A DNA stretch of 64,000 nucleotides from Neoechinorhynchus agilis (lineage: Eukaryota; Animalia; Acanthocephala): the NCBI GenBank assembly GCA_051530055.1, contig CM121341.1, positions 17,152,784-17,216,783 of the forward strand, in the 5' to 3' direction. Positions 12,106 through 23,518 of this stretch are shown here, in pieces. Both the position numbers and the translations under genes were made by a program. Below the pieces are notes generated by a model. The model worked only from the letters and a program-made list of their open reading frames with translations. It did no database searches and had not been told where the DNA came from. Every line of letters starts with the position of its first letter. Position 1 is the first letter of the stretch.

Positions 12106-13793
12106 CTACAAATTGGAAAATTTACTCAGGTCACCTGATTGAAGACAAACTTCACCTGAAGTAGGTCTAACAACCTGTTTTCGGTCCATTATTGATCGCC
12201 AAAACTGTTCTTTTCCTCCACTTCGGTTTTCCCCATCATACAAATACCTTGCGACTTTACAGTATTTGTTTTCACTTGTTTCCTTAGCAAGTAATTCATG
12301 AACGAATTTTTCTCTGGGCATCAGTGATCTTGTAAGTTTAACAAGATCCGGTACTGTTTCTGCTTTATGCGGTCATCATGACTCATAAGTATGAACCCGT
12401 ACTATGAGTCTCGACAAAGTTATTAACAACATTTTCCGGTTGTTTAAAGGCCATAAATGTTTGTTCGTACATTGATTTAGTGGAACCCATCTTTGTCAAG
12501 TATTTTGCCAAATCCGATGCCGATTTAAAGTCATAAACATTTACATAAGCGTTTTTAGGAGCAAAACGTTCATAATCTGGTTTTCCGTCTTTGCCTGCAA
12601 CAATTGGAACTGAGCCAGCTTGAATAACCTGGGTGAACTTTTCACTTACGTAGTCTTCACAATTTGAATTTTCGATTGCAATTACAAATTTATAACGCTT
12701 ATAAAGATCGAGTTGATTTCCGTTTTTACCACCGGAATAACGATTTGGTTTGACATTTTGTAAACATTCACCGTAGCTATCCACTTTGATGTACTGGGAT
12801 AAATCACGAAAATCAAGTTGTGAAGAGCGAAGATGGCTTATTAATTTAGGTTTAAAATTTTATCATTAAAACCGAGTAAAAAATGGAGTATATCTGAACA
12901 GATCGAAGATGTTTCTAAGCCGTTGTCAATCGTTAAGTATGCTATAAGTTTTGATTGCGTTTGGCGTCAGTTATTCTTCAACGAGTAAATCATTGTCCTA
13001 TTCGATTAAAATTGAAAAAAGCATTCAGAAGTGCGTTACTATTTTTTAAAATTTAAATAAACAATTGGATTTTGTATATTTCAGAGCAGTAGAAAATAAT
13101 CGAAGTATTGATGATTTTTGTCATTAAATCAATAACAATATTTAGACTAACTTGATTACGTTTTAAACTTCGGACAAGATCAGTTCTACCATTTGGAGCG
13201 TGACAATTTGAAATCATCCAACAGACAGTAGCATTATTGATACCGTTTTCATCGCGATATCCAACTTTTTCTTCAAACGGTACCACTGACGGTGAAAGTA
13301 GAGCTCTCAAATATAATTTTAGATCGAAATAAGTTGCAGGAGCAGGAAAAGCCTTGTCTAAATTATACCACATATGAAAATCGCACAATTCCCATAAATG
13401 TGAATGAGGACTATTTGCTTCAGATTCAAGTACGTAAATCATAGTGAACTGTGGCCCACGCCCATTAACCGATAAGCCCCGTCTTAGACGAGGAAAATCG
13501 CCCGCTTGATGTAAGTGAAAAGAAACGATATCAGCATTCTCCAAGTCTCTTCTGTCCTTGGACCATGTTACACTCAAATTCACACCGGAATAGTAGCATT
13601 GAATATAAGAGCTTGCTTCTTGAAAAATGTGGTAATTTCCCGTCCAATCCAAAGCAAAATAATTCGTTTTGTGTTCTCCTCCAAGAACAGCGTCCATTTT
13701 TGAAGGAACTGAGAAGTGGTAGGTGTAGAAGACGAGTGTAGCAATTGAAAGTACTGCGAGCAACAGAACAGTCCGTCTCAATTTCCATCTCAT
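12106..13793 (-). CDS. Alpha-1,3-fucosyltransferase (GT10), multi-exon type II membrane protein
   Basis: N-terminal TM helix, ADIVSFH and VCWMISNC motifs, and the alpha-1,3-FucT motif YKFVIAIENSNCEDYVSEKF. Confidence 0.9.
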
Positions 13794-14439
13794 TGTCTAG
13801 AAAAAGAATTTGCCGTAGAGCAATTCTCCAGATCAATCCGCAAAAATTTGAATTCAACTATACAGGATACAAAGCATCGACAGATACGGTTAAATATTTT
13901 TTGTGAAACGGAAACGCGAGGAAATTTCGGATGAAATCACAGCCCTCCGATGATTTTAAGGAATAAAACAAAGTCAAAATGTACGATTTGCAAACTTATT
14001 AATGTGATAAATGATACACTTTGATCTTGAAATTTAAATGCGATGAAAGATGTACAGGAGTTGAGAAATGAGTATTAAACGAATATTCAAAATTTCATGA
14101 AAAATATAAGATCTTTTACCATAAATGTGAAACAAATTTTTGAATTCGTGAAGATATATTTAAAAATTTAATAATAAGGTAGAACACACCTTTATTTTAA
14201 TAACAATATAAATTGCGATGAGAATAAATAACAAGTTTCGTTCAACACCTTAATTTTTTTATAAAAGTTCCGATGTGAATAGAGGAACATGTTTATCCTT
14301 TATCGCTCAGAGGATGCATCCAGCGTGCAACCAACCATTTTCAAACCTATTTAAAAAATTATTTAGCTAGAAAAAGTGGCCTTTCTTGCATCTTTAAACA
14401 ATTTATTGAGAAAAATTTATAAAAGTTCCGATGTGAACG

Positions 14440-14870
14440 GAGGCATTCCATTGCTGAATGGTACAGTTGATTCAATGATAAAAATAGTTGGCTGCAAGGG
14501 TCTCTGACGGATCGAGGCAATTAGGATTTCTCCTATTTCCGGTACCCTTTTCGTTACATCACCGGTTCCTTGAGCTGCAGGGAACAAGTTGCTCTTAGCA
14601 ATCGTATTCGGGAAGGTGAAGTCTCTTTCCCTTGGAACTTTTCATACGCCGTTAGGCTTTTCTCATTTTCTCGGCTAAAAACGATTTTATCGAGGAGAGA
14701 TGGAGTGCCGTTACCAAAGCCCTACGAATTGGAGCATTCACAATGCGGTAGCGATTATGCTTGGCTATCGTTTTCGAGCAATAAAGTCTGTGGTCCCTTT
14801 TGTTGTCCATCTTGGCACCGCAATTACATGTCGCAGCGATTGAGGAAGCCAAGCAAAGAAAATTTTGAAA
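14440..14870 (-). mobile_element. Degraded CRE-clade retrotransposon fragment (zinc knuckle plus RLE start)
   Basis: CNCGAKMD...HRLYC...HN...VN..IRRAL followed, after a frameshift, by KPNGV...DFTFPNTIAKSNL. Confidence 0.65.
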
Positions 14871-15800
14871 GGGATTTACTGCTAGACCTTATTTTGTGAT
14901 TTTATGCAAACTTATAAAGATCACGATATGATATTTTTAAACTCACGTAAAATACGAAGAATGGATTTAGGAAAGTAGCGAATGGAATTTTAAGAAGATT
15001 CGCCGCTGATCATCGTTTGGTGATTTTATAACTTTTCCCCGGAATTTCAAGCAGAAACATGTTAAAATGGGTAACGAATGCGGAAAGATATTCACTCCTA
15101 AAACAGGTATAAGTTTAGAACTTTAAGCCTGATTTCCCGAGTCACTATGATCGACCATTAATTTTTCTTTGTTATTATTTTGGTCGATCATGGGAGAGAT
15201 CATTCAAATCGAATGAGTTTTCGAAGTTGAATTGAAAAGGACGATTTTTTAATGTATGACTCGAAAAGATTAAAACGGGAAGAACGCATAGCGATGGCAT
15301 AGATGAAAATATTTTTGAGCCGTTTTCATCACGGGAAATTATTTTCGCTACTTAGACGTTAAAATTTTATTGAAGTTCTGATGGCTATTCTTCAAATAAT
15401 CCACTTAATTCATGTTAAAAAATTTCAGTTCAATCTACTGATTTTTTGTTGGCAAACATTTCCTTTTTATCCCATAACGCGGCCTATAAAGATGTAGATC
15501 AAGAATTTATTAATGATTTTATTACAATTAAAGCTTTAATGTGATCGGCGGGAGTAATTTAGCAAAAGATTAAAATATAGTTTTTACTCAGATTATTAGC
15601 CCCCTTCCTTGGCTTTTAAGTTTTCCAATTCTTAAATGTTACAGTAAACCGGGTTTTTTTGATTTAGGTTATTACATCCCGAATCCTCGACTACCGACCT
15701 CTTGAATCAGGGAAGCGCATAAAAATCACTTAAATCAATGAAACATACGGTTATGAGTTTGTACATCCCGTCCGGATTCGTACATACCTCCCGAGGAGGC

Positions 15801-15935
15801 GGGACTCATCAGTGAGTTTCCTCCTGCCTTCTGCAGTATTTCGTCCCCTTTGGTTATGATTCATTGGCGGTTACGGATTCGAACCAGTTTGACCATTAAC
15901 TGGGATCACAGCCAGTTTTTCGACTCAGGGTGAGC
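15801..15935 (-). ncRNA. tRNA-like Pol III B-box followed by a permuted (type II-like) hammerhead core lacking a cleavage triplet; possible SINE/retrozyme relic
   Basis: Minus strand: GGTTCGAATCC (15875-15885), then GGGAC-GAAA ... CTGATGA-GTCCC (15801-15847) with 5-bp stem II complementarity. Confidence 0.35.
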
Positions 15936-16084
15936 GCTGGCCAAAAGCTGAGGAAGGGATGCTATAACTTGAATATAGTTTTTACTCTGAAATTTTTACA
16001 AAAAGCGAAATCTCGAAGCCTTGTTTAATTTTTTCAATGGAATTAGTTAAAAATAGCCTACGTGCTCCTATTAAAAATACTTTG

Positions 16085-16625
16085 TATTATTATAACACGT
16101 TTATTGTTTAACAAATACAAAGAATAGGACCCATGTACCTTTGGGTCCTCATAAACACTCGAGTTCAGAGTTGTTCAAAAAAGTGTATTCATTTGGGTGG
16201 CAATATTCGGTCGCAGGACGTCCGTTTGGGTGGGAAAGTTGGTGGTTATTGTTTTGCAGGAAAGTTTGTGAGGTTGGGTGTTTCCTCGCGTTCATTTCAA
16301 GTTATGATATCCGAGAGGATTGAGCAGTATGGAAAAGGGAGCGTAGGTATAGTTAGGTGCGAGGTCGAAGGAGGATGAAACGGTTTTGCGCTCGTGTGAA
16401 AATGGGAATAAAATGTGGTTTATTATTAGTAAATCAATTTTTGAAAACACTCCATTGGGCCGTTGTTATCACGCTTGCCGTTTGGCCCCGTTGAATAGCC
16501 ACACTCAAGGGTTGGATGAGGTAGTTCCTTTGTCTGTGATCTCCGCTGGCTTTTATGAGTAGTCGGCCTATCTCCGCGCAAAATTTCTTTGCCGAAACTC
16601 CAAACGCCCCATTTGTCTCCACACC
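16085..16625 (-). mobile_element. 5'-truncated CRE retrotransposon 3' end (RLE tail, ~350-nt 3'UTR with hairpin, TAA-rich tail)
   Basis: ETNGAFG...GDHRQRNYLIQPLSVAIQRGQTASV is the CRE C-terminus. The 3'UTR is shared with 35105-35252 and in part with 44.4-44.76 kb. Confidence 0.8.
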
Positions 16626-16629
16626 GAAA

Positions 16630-16790
16630 TTGCGGTGGTAGGATTGATAGGCGTTTTGATTGTTTGACGAAAATCTTATAAGGGCATTTGGCGAGCGAGG
16701 GAAATCAACTGCGCAAATTTTAGAGACTCTTTTATGAATCGTTTCAAGACGACGAATTATTAACTTGGACAGGTTTCAAACGAGCAAATT
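16630..16790 (-). mobile_element. L2-like LINE RT C-terminal fragment
   Basis: Clear nucleotide similarity to 54415-54545 (…ggcgttttgattgtttga…catttggcgagcgagggaaatca.ctgcgcaaattttagag…). Confidence 0.7.
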
Positions 16791-16872
16791 TTTTGATTCT
16801 AATTCAGTCCCGTTTATTTTAAACGAAACCTCTTTCCCGCATTAACTAATTATATTTTACCCATTTCAGCAT

Positions 16873-18690
16873 TCACTCCCCTGAGCGAGTCTTTTTAAGC
16901 TTTCGTCTCTTCGCTGACACCGACTTGAATGAAACTTGTACGTTTTCGCTTTTCTGCACACTGCATCGCGCTTCCTTTTTGGTATTCATTAACTTATTGA
17001 TTGCTAGAATGTCTTCTTTATCAGGGTCGTAATATTCTTCGGATTCTGGCAATAAAGAACTCTCCGGCAATTCCAAATTATTTCCATCGACAACGGTATT
17101 TCCATTTCTAACATCCTCAACCTCGTTCTTAATGGGTCGTTTCTTCCAAATGATCTCTTCAGGTTTTACAAGTTATTGGGTATGAGAGCTAAATTTTAAT
17201 TTTACCTCTAGTTGCTGGATTATGGTAGTAAATTTTTCCATCAACAGTTTTCGATTCTATCCATTGGAGAACACTTGAATGGTTCGACGTTTTGTCTTCA
17301 CTCGATTGAACAATGTTTTGACGTTCTAGATGGACGAGCAATCTACCATACAATTGAGAAACGATAAGCCAAAACCAACATTATTCGAAAAAATCTTAAT
17401 GAACCCACTGATACCCGTGACGTTTGGACTGACTTGCGCTGCTTTAACCAAAAATGTTCTTTCAAAAATATTGGTCGTTTCGATTTCATTACGAGTACTT
17501 CCTTTCTTGCTCAACACAAATTACCCAAATAATCTATTAGATGCCTTCATGGGAACGTCTTAGATGTCTTATCACTATTTTTTAGGAAAAATAATTTGAA
17601 ATTACTTTCTATTTCAGAAATTAAATATCTTGGCTTACTGAAAAACTCAAAGGAACGAGTGGTCTACATTTTCTTTGAAAAATTAAAGAAGTCGTACATG
17701 GAATGCTTGCTTTCAATTTCTTTAAAAAAATATATTTCAAGATGCAGTAAATTGTTGACCTTTTAAAGAAATTGAATCATTAACGTTAGTCTTTGAGTGA
17801 GAACATTTTTGGGAATTCCTTAATTTAAAGCGATTTGGTTTCACGTTTTTCAAAATCGTTTCTTCAAAAAAATTTCGCCAAAAAAGAGCAGATTTCTTCG
17901 TTTTGAATTTAAATTGGGGAGGTAGACAAGCGTCTTTCAAAATGGACTGAACTTTTCGACGTTTGATGGAAAATTTTAAGTAATTTTAAGTGTGCAAATA
18001 AAAAACAATCGGATTCGATAAATTATTTCAATTAACACATTATATATATCTATCTAAAAAAAGCGTGAATAATTCAAATTTGTCTTAAAACATTTCTTTG
18101 ATTAAAGAATATTTTTAAGATAGGAAAAGGACTTGGCGCATTCTATCGAGGGGACAGTGTTGCACAAAACGCTCAGATGCGAGCAAGGATTCGTTGGCAA
18201 GCAATAACTATTGCACTTACAGTGGCTACGATGTACTATTACAAAAACTATGGGAAACAATTACAGCCGGAAGTAGAGGACGATTTAAGATTCGAAAAAG
18301 ATTTTGAATGAACGAACGTTTGACTTCTCGTCCATAGGCTGATGCAACGAATATATCATCCTTTTTGTCTGTTTTGTATTTGTTCAATGCAGCCTTTACA
18401 CTATTTCTAATACAAATTTAAGTCAATAATCGAACCTTTTCGATATGTGACAGAACACCTTGAACCATATTGTTCACATAAACTCCGCGTTCAGCTTCTT
18501 GCTTGAGCTTTTCCAACTTACGGTTTACATTGCACTTATGTCTATTTCCTCGCTCGTGATGCCTGATGCTCTAAGAAGTCTACTTTTTTAAAGAACAAAT
18601 CCAAATTAAACTCACGATCGGATTGCTAGCAAACCAACAGTCGCAATACTCGCAGTATTTACGGGGATTTGATTTCCAATAGTCCGCCAT
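16873..18690 (-). CDS. WBP4: WW domain-binding protein 4 (FBP21)-like: matrin zinc finger plus WW domain, multi-exon
   Basis: Hand-spliced MADYWKSNPRKYCEYCDCWFASNPI/SIRHHERGNRHK…IEK/AALNKY…; WW domain WIESKTVDGKIYYHNPATR/EIIWKKRP; basic C-terminus. The in-frame splice 18317->17326 joins the two halves. Confidence 0.85.
17330..18311 (+). CDS. HIG1-domain mitochondrial membrane protein, two exons (exact junction unresolved)
   Basis: Exon 1 FEKILMNPLIPVTFGLTCAALT and exon 2 KGLGAFYRGDSVAQNAQMRARIRWQAITIAL match the HIG1 signature (NPxxP…GL..F.RG….Q..MR.RI..Q). Confidence 0.8.
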
Positions 18691-18797
18691 GGACACACAC
18701 AAAACGGTATCTAGAAAACACAAAAATATCTATTTTTAAGGCGAAGTAAAGAAAAATAATTTTATGGAGAAAAATCGTTGTGATGAACGTAAGAATG

Positions 18798-19065
18798 TGT
18801 GAAAGTGGTAAAAAAATTATATATCAAAGCATGACTTTAATTGAAATATTTCGTCCATTCACGCTGGACTTCTTCAGTCGAGAGATAATAAAGTTATGTA
18901 GCATTTTCGCAATGAAAGTTCGTTAGCGAAAACGCGAAAAAGCTACATAACTTTAACAATAATTGACTGAAGAAGTCAAGTGTGAATGGACGAAATATTT
19001 CAATTAAAGTCATGCTTTGATGTATAATTTTTTTCCACTTTCACATACTCATGGATTTTATTTCT
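18798..19065. mobile_element. Fold-back Penelope-like pseudo-LTR insertion with two hammerhead motifs and a 12-bp TSD
   Basis: Arms 18798-18879 and 18965-19045 plus inner arms. Direct repeat AACGTAAGAATG at 18786-18797 and 19066-19077. CTGAAGA…GAAATATT cores on both strands. Confidence 0.8.
18960..19006 (+). ncRNA. Minimal type I hammerhead ribozyme motif
   Basis: UAAUUGA-CUGAAGA-A-GUCAA(GUGUGAA)UGGAC-GAAA-UAU-U-UCAAUUA: 7-bp stem I, intact core, palindromic AUAU stem III. Confidence 0.8.
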
Positions 19066-19370
19066 AACGTAAGAATGGCTATTTTTAGGGATTAATTTCG
19101 GACCTGCGTTTATAACTCGAAAGAAAACTAAAAGTTGTGGTTGATTAAAGTTGTCAATATTGATAATTGGAGATGTTGTGATAGTCCAAAGGTCCATTCT
19201 CGAGAAATATTTCTATCTAATATGTTTTTCCGAGATATTATGATCATCACATCACCAAATCGGTGTATTTTTCGGTGATGAGAAGAATAGAGATCAATTT
19301 TATAGATTCCCAATATTTCGTTCGTCTTGTTGTACTTAGTCAAGTTATAACTTCAAACAATCTGATCAAT

Positions 19371-19407
19371 AGACTGAAGAAGGCCTGCGCGAAGGCCGAA
19401 ATTTATC
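19371..19407 (+). ncRNA. Solo minimal hammerhead motif (PLE-type) followed by AATAAA
   Basis: CUGAAGA-A-GGCC(UGCGCGAA)GGCC-GAAA-UUU-A-UC. The core and 4-bp stem II are intact; stems I and III are weak. Confidence 0.6.
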
Positions 19408-19782
19408 AAATAAATCAATTATTAAAATTCGCTACAAAAAAAAGTAAAAAAATACATATATTAATTTCTTTACAATCTCTAAATCTCTTATTCAGAAGAA
19501 TTTTCCCTTGATTTTATCGCTAAATGTTTAGTACTCAATCTGCTTTAAAGCGTTATTCGTTATGAATTCGTATCTTTCATTGGCGTAATATTTACTTTTA
19601 CCATTCGAATCTTTCAAGGTGTCGATGAGGCGTTGTCGAATTTAATCCGTGTCATGAATAAATTTTAAAATGCCAAAAAGTAAAGGTCATCTTAAGTAAG
19701 GTACTGATTTCTCCTGATTTTGTTAAAATCAGATTGAATTTAAAAATTTAAGTTTCGATTTTCAGACCACTTTTTGTTAGTA

Positions 19783-19950
19783 CAGTCGAACGTCAATTAT
19801 CCGGATCGGAATGCTGTCTTACTTAACTTCTGTTGCTAAGTGATTAATTTCAACAATAGCGCTAAAGCTATGCAATTCTACCCAATATTTGGCTTTTCCG
19901 TTAAAAACTGGATCCGGTCTTAATTAATTCGGATAAACGATGTTCTACTG
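19783..19950. mobile_element. pogo/Tigger-like MITE (168 bp)
   Basis: Imperfect TIRs CAGTCGAACGTCAATTATCCG / CGGATAAACGATGTTCTACTG flanked by a TA duplication (19781-82 and 19951-52). Confidence 0.75.
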
Positions 19951-20536
19951 TACCCTAGAGACAAATAGCAAATGACTATGTTTGTCTTCAGTTTACTAAA
20001 ACCAAATGAGGCGTCTATTAAACGTCATTGATATATGTGAAATTGAAGGGAATTTAAGGCGTTAATTCTATGTTATAAATGTGCCCAGAGTTAAATTCGA
20101 ATGATAAACATGACTTTTAAACACGTTGAGTTCAAAAGCTCATACAAAAACGTTGAATTTTTTAAACGAGCTTTTATCATAAGAAAAACGGGTGGTGCGG
20201 AATCCGGCGAAAAAGTTCTCTTAAAAGCCAATTACCGGAACTCAATACAGCACCAAACTCGCTTTTTCCTTCTGATGATGCCATGAAACAAAAAATCCTG
20301 AAATTAAAGATTCGACTTAGTCCATTTTGCTCTTAATTGCCCTTGATCTCTATTAATGGAAAAAGTGCACAAATTTCATCAATAATTTTTCGATATTTTT
20401 CCGTTTTTCTTTACCATAAATTCAGTGTTGAGAACGCATTTGCCAATAGCTTAAATGTTTGCAGCCGAAAATATGTGATCTTTATACTTCCAATAGGTTC
20501 TTTGTTCATATTCGAGTGCATTACTCTATTATTCAG

Positions 20537-21354
20537 ATGGTTCCAGAAAATATCAGCAAAAATATATTCCTGATTACAGGCGTACCAGGTTTATGTAACA
20601 AGTTGCCGTTACTTTATACATTTTTCGATTAAAGGTTGTGGAAAAACGACAGTTGTTAGAAAAGTTGTAGAGCACTTAGAGAAGATCGGATGCTCGACAT
20701 TAGGAATGGTGAGCGATGAGGTTCGGCTTAACGGTCGTCGTATCGGATTTGACCTAAATTGTTTTAATGGAACAACAAATCAACGATACATTTTGTCACG
20801 AGTGAAGTTTGTTTTTTCTTTTAGTTTTACAATAATTCTAAACAGAGAACATTGCGATTTGAACGGAAACGAAACACATTCAAGAGTCAGCAGTTATATT
20901 GTCTACAAGAACCAAGTGGCGTTAGCCGTTAGATTTATGAGAAATGTGAGATTTAATGCAGGTCTGTCCTTATTAGCAGTTTATAGAACATGCATGAATC
21001 CAAGTTATTGATTATTGACGAAATCGGAAAGATGGAGTTGTTGTGCGACGAATTCTTTAGTTTTACCCAAGAGGTTCTTGGTAAGCAGAACCAAATGTTA
21101 CTTGCAACTGTACCCATCAAATTCTCGCAAAAATCAATTATCAAGGAATTGATTGAAAGTCGACGAACTCATTCTTTAACAGAGGTAAAATGAAATCAAT
21201 GCTGGACCGTGCCTTTCACTGCATACTCACTATGTAGGTCAATCGAAGCAACCGCAATGAACTCGTGAAAATAGTTACTCACAATATTATAAAAGTAATA
21301 GACTTTAATCGTGTAGATAGTTTTGTATTTAATGATCGACCGAATTCTGGATGA
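20537..21354 (+). CDS. NTPCR: Cancer-related nucleoside triphosphatase (NTPase_1 family), multi-exon
   Basis: Spliced IFLITGVPG/CGKTT (Walker A), EVRLNGRRIGFD, LLIIDEIGKMEL (Walker B) and EVNRSNRNELV. Confidence 0.9.
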
Positions 21355-21429
21355 ATGCCCTCTAAAGATTTCCAAATATCAAAAGAGAGTTTACTGACTC
21401 TACAAGTTGTTACTGCTTAGTCTTAAAAA

Positions 21430-22470
21430 ATATTCGCGTTTTCGACTAACGGTCCGACCATTCAGCATGACCGGTATTTGACATTGAAAAACATCGTTTT
21501 TACTTAAATGCAGACCGGTTATCTCACTTCCTGGCGATGGCGATTAGCCCACAGCTTCAGATAAAGAGTTCATATTTGCAGAATGTTAAGGGTTTACTTA
21601 ATTCTCTGATTGCGAGATGCAATGACTTAAATAGTGGTCGGATCATGTCTTTTTATTTTGTCTCGCACTATACTAACGTTGACAATGAGGTAGCGGCATG
21701 AGCACTCGAGAAACGGTTGAATGAGAACGAAGAGGACTTAAATATATTCGGAATGCTACCGACGGACGTGATTGGACCCACTTTCGATATAACGACCGAC
21801 GCTATAGACAAATCCGTCGACTGTAATAGGAAACAGCTTTGCTACCGTCTTGGCATTGATTTTCCTCGATGATTTGGAAATGCAGTGCAAATTCCCGCAT
21901 GTAACGCCGAGCCAAATTTATCTCCATTATGTGGATGATGTGTTGTTCACTTGCAGCGAGGATTGTGAGGTCGACGACAATGAAAGGAGGTTGAATTCGA
22001 TGGATCCTACTGAAGGGAATAAGGTGACGCGAGACAAACCGTCGGATTATCTACCATTTCTCAATTTGTACTTTAAAGTTAATGACATCACTGATCTCGG
22101 GTGGTGTCGCAAACCGTAAAAGGATAGTTATGCATCGAAATTCGCATTATCTTATTGGTAATGAAATTAGCAATTTATGCTAAGATGCACAAGAAAACAC
22201 TGATTTGCTCATCGTCATGAACAGCGAAATGGTTGGCGATCGACAGAGTGAGCGAGATTTTCGCTGATAATGGATTCAAACGTAACGAGATCATGCGGTT
22301 CCAGAAGCGGTGTTATTCAATGGAGAACTTCCGCTTTGATGTCGCTATTGCAACACGCTTCACATCTCCACGGTGTTTTGTAGATTTCAGAGGAATCGTA
22401 AAACGGCGAAAGTTCGGAGAATGTGTCTATTTACAACCAAAACTTGAAATTCTAATTTGTTTATTGCTGC
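21430..22470 (+). mobile_element. Degraded Penelope-like element reverse transcriptase (RT, thumb and linker)
   Basis: SFYFVSHYTNVD (SFDV.SLYTNV motif), LALIFLDDLE…YLHYVDDV, LPFLNL…WCRKP and IFADNGF, with stops and frameshifts. Confidence 0.75.
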
Positions 22471-22797
22471 TGCTTCTTCTCCTTCTCGGATCCCTGTTTC
22501 TACTCTTATCTTATTCTTTAATTCGCAATTTTTCCAATTCCCTAATCGTCGCTTCGTTCTGCTTGTTGTTAAAACCATCCATTTCCACTCTGGAAATTTT
22601 TCGCCATTTCGTTAAGTAGTTGATTCTATCCAAAGAATTAATCAGTTTCTAAGTTTCTGATGACATCCGTGAAAAAGATGTTTTACGTTCTTGGAGTGAA
22701 GAGCCCGCGTCGAATAGAAATAAGCTTGACCTTCAAATCATAGAGAGATTTGTAATCACAAAAAACCGATATAAAAATCTTATTTGCTTTTTAGATT

Positions 22798-23518
22798 ATG
22801 CTTAAAGAATCTGAGGAAGTACTGCTCACTTTTTTTCGCGTTACTGTTCTCGACTTGAAATCAGTTAAACCAGCTTTTGTCTGAAGACACAAGAAATGAA
22901 TTTCTGAAGCGGAACTGCATTATCCATGGAATCTGTCCAGGAAATAAGATCTCGACCGAAGACCGAGTGAAAATCTTCGCCCTATTTAAGGCGAATATGG
23001 AGGCGATGTATCGCAGCTCCTCGTTTGGTTGGAAGGTGGATCATAAGAAAAAGGAGCTATTTCATAAAGAATCCAAATATTTTCTTGTGTTTCAACAACA
23101 GGTACTTATTGGTTTCGTTCATTTCAGACTTGATCTTGACGACGGAAGGGATGTTTTGTATTTGTGAGTCTTTTTTTCAGCTCAATTTATTTTTTTGCGA
23201 ATAAGGTACGAAATTCAGATCAGTTCAGATTGTAGAAGATTTGGACTTGGCAGGCTTTTGATTGACTTAATTGGCAGTATTGCTCTCAGGTATATTAGTT
23301 TTAAGAGTGTAATCTCCTTACGAGCGTAATTTTAGCACTGGAAAAGAACTGATAATGTTGACAGTTTTCAAAATGAATCATCAAGCTCGACGTTTTTTTG
23401 AGTCAATGGGGTATGTTTATAGAAAACGTTCCGTTATTCATCCCATTTTAGATTCCGAAAAGATAGAACATGTCCCGACGACTGTGACTACATGATATTG
23501 TCAAAACGTGTTACATAG
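22798..23518 (+). CDS. NAA40: N-alpha-acetyltransferase 40 (NatD), multi-exon; an extra upstream exon is possible
   Basis: NMEAMYRSSSFGW, GFVHFRLD…DVLYL/YEIQ…RRFGLGR, IMLTVFKMN and YMILSK match NAA40. Confidence 0.88.

Noticed and set aside
20270-20295. CTGATGATGCCATGAAAC as a hammerhead
   Set aside because: There is no room for a stem II, so it is treated as a chance match.
22655-22700. CTGATGA plus a short stem as the hammerhead of the adjacent PLE relic
   Set aside because: The GAAA box is missing (GTTTTAC), and the segment reads as an open frame that could be an upstream NAA40 exon.
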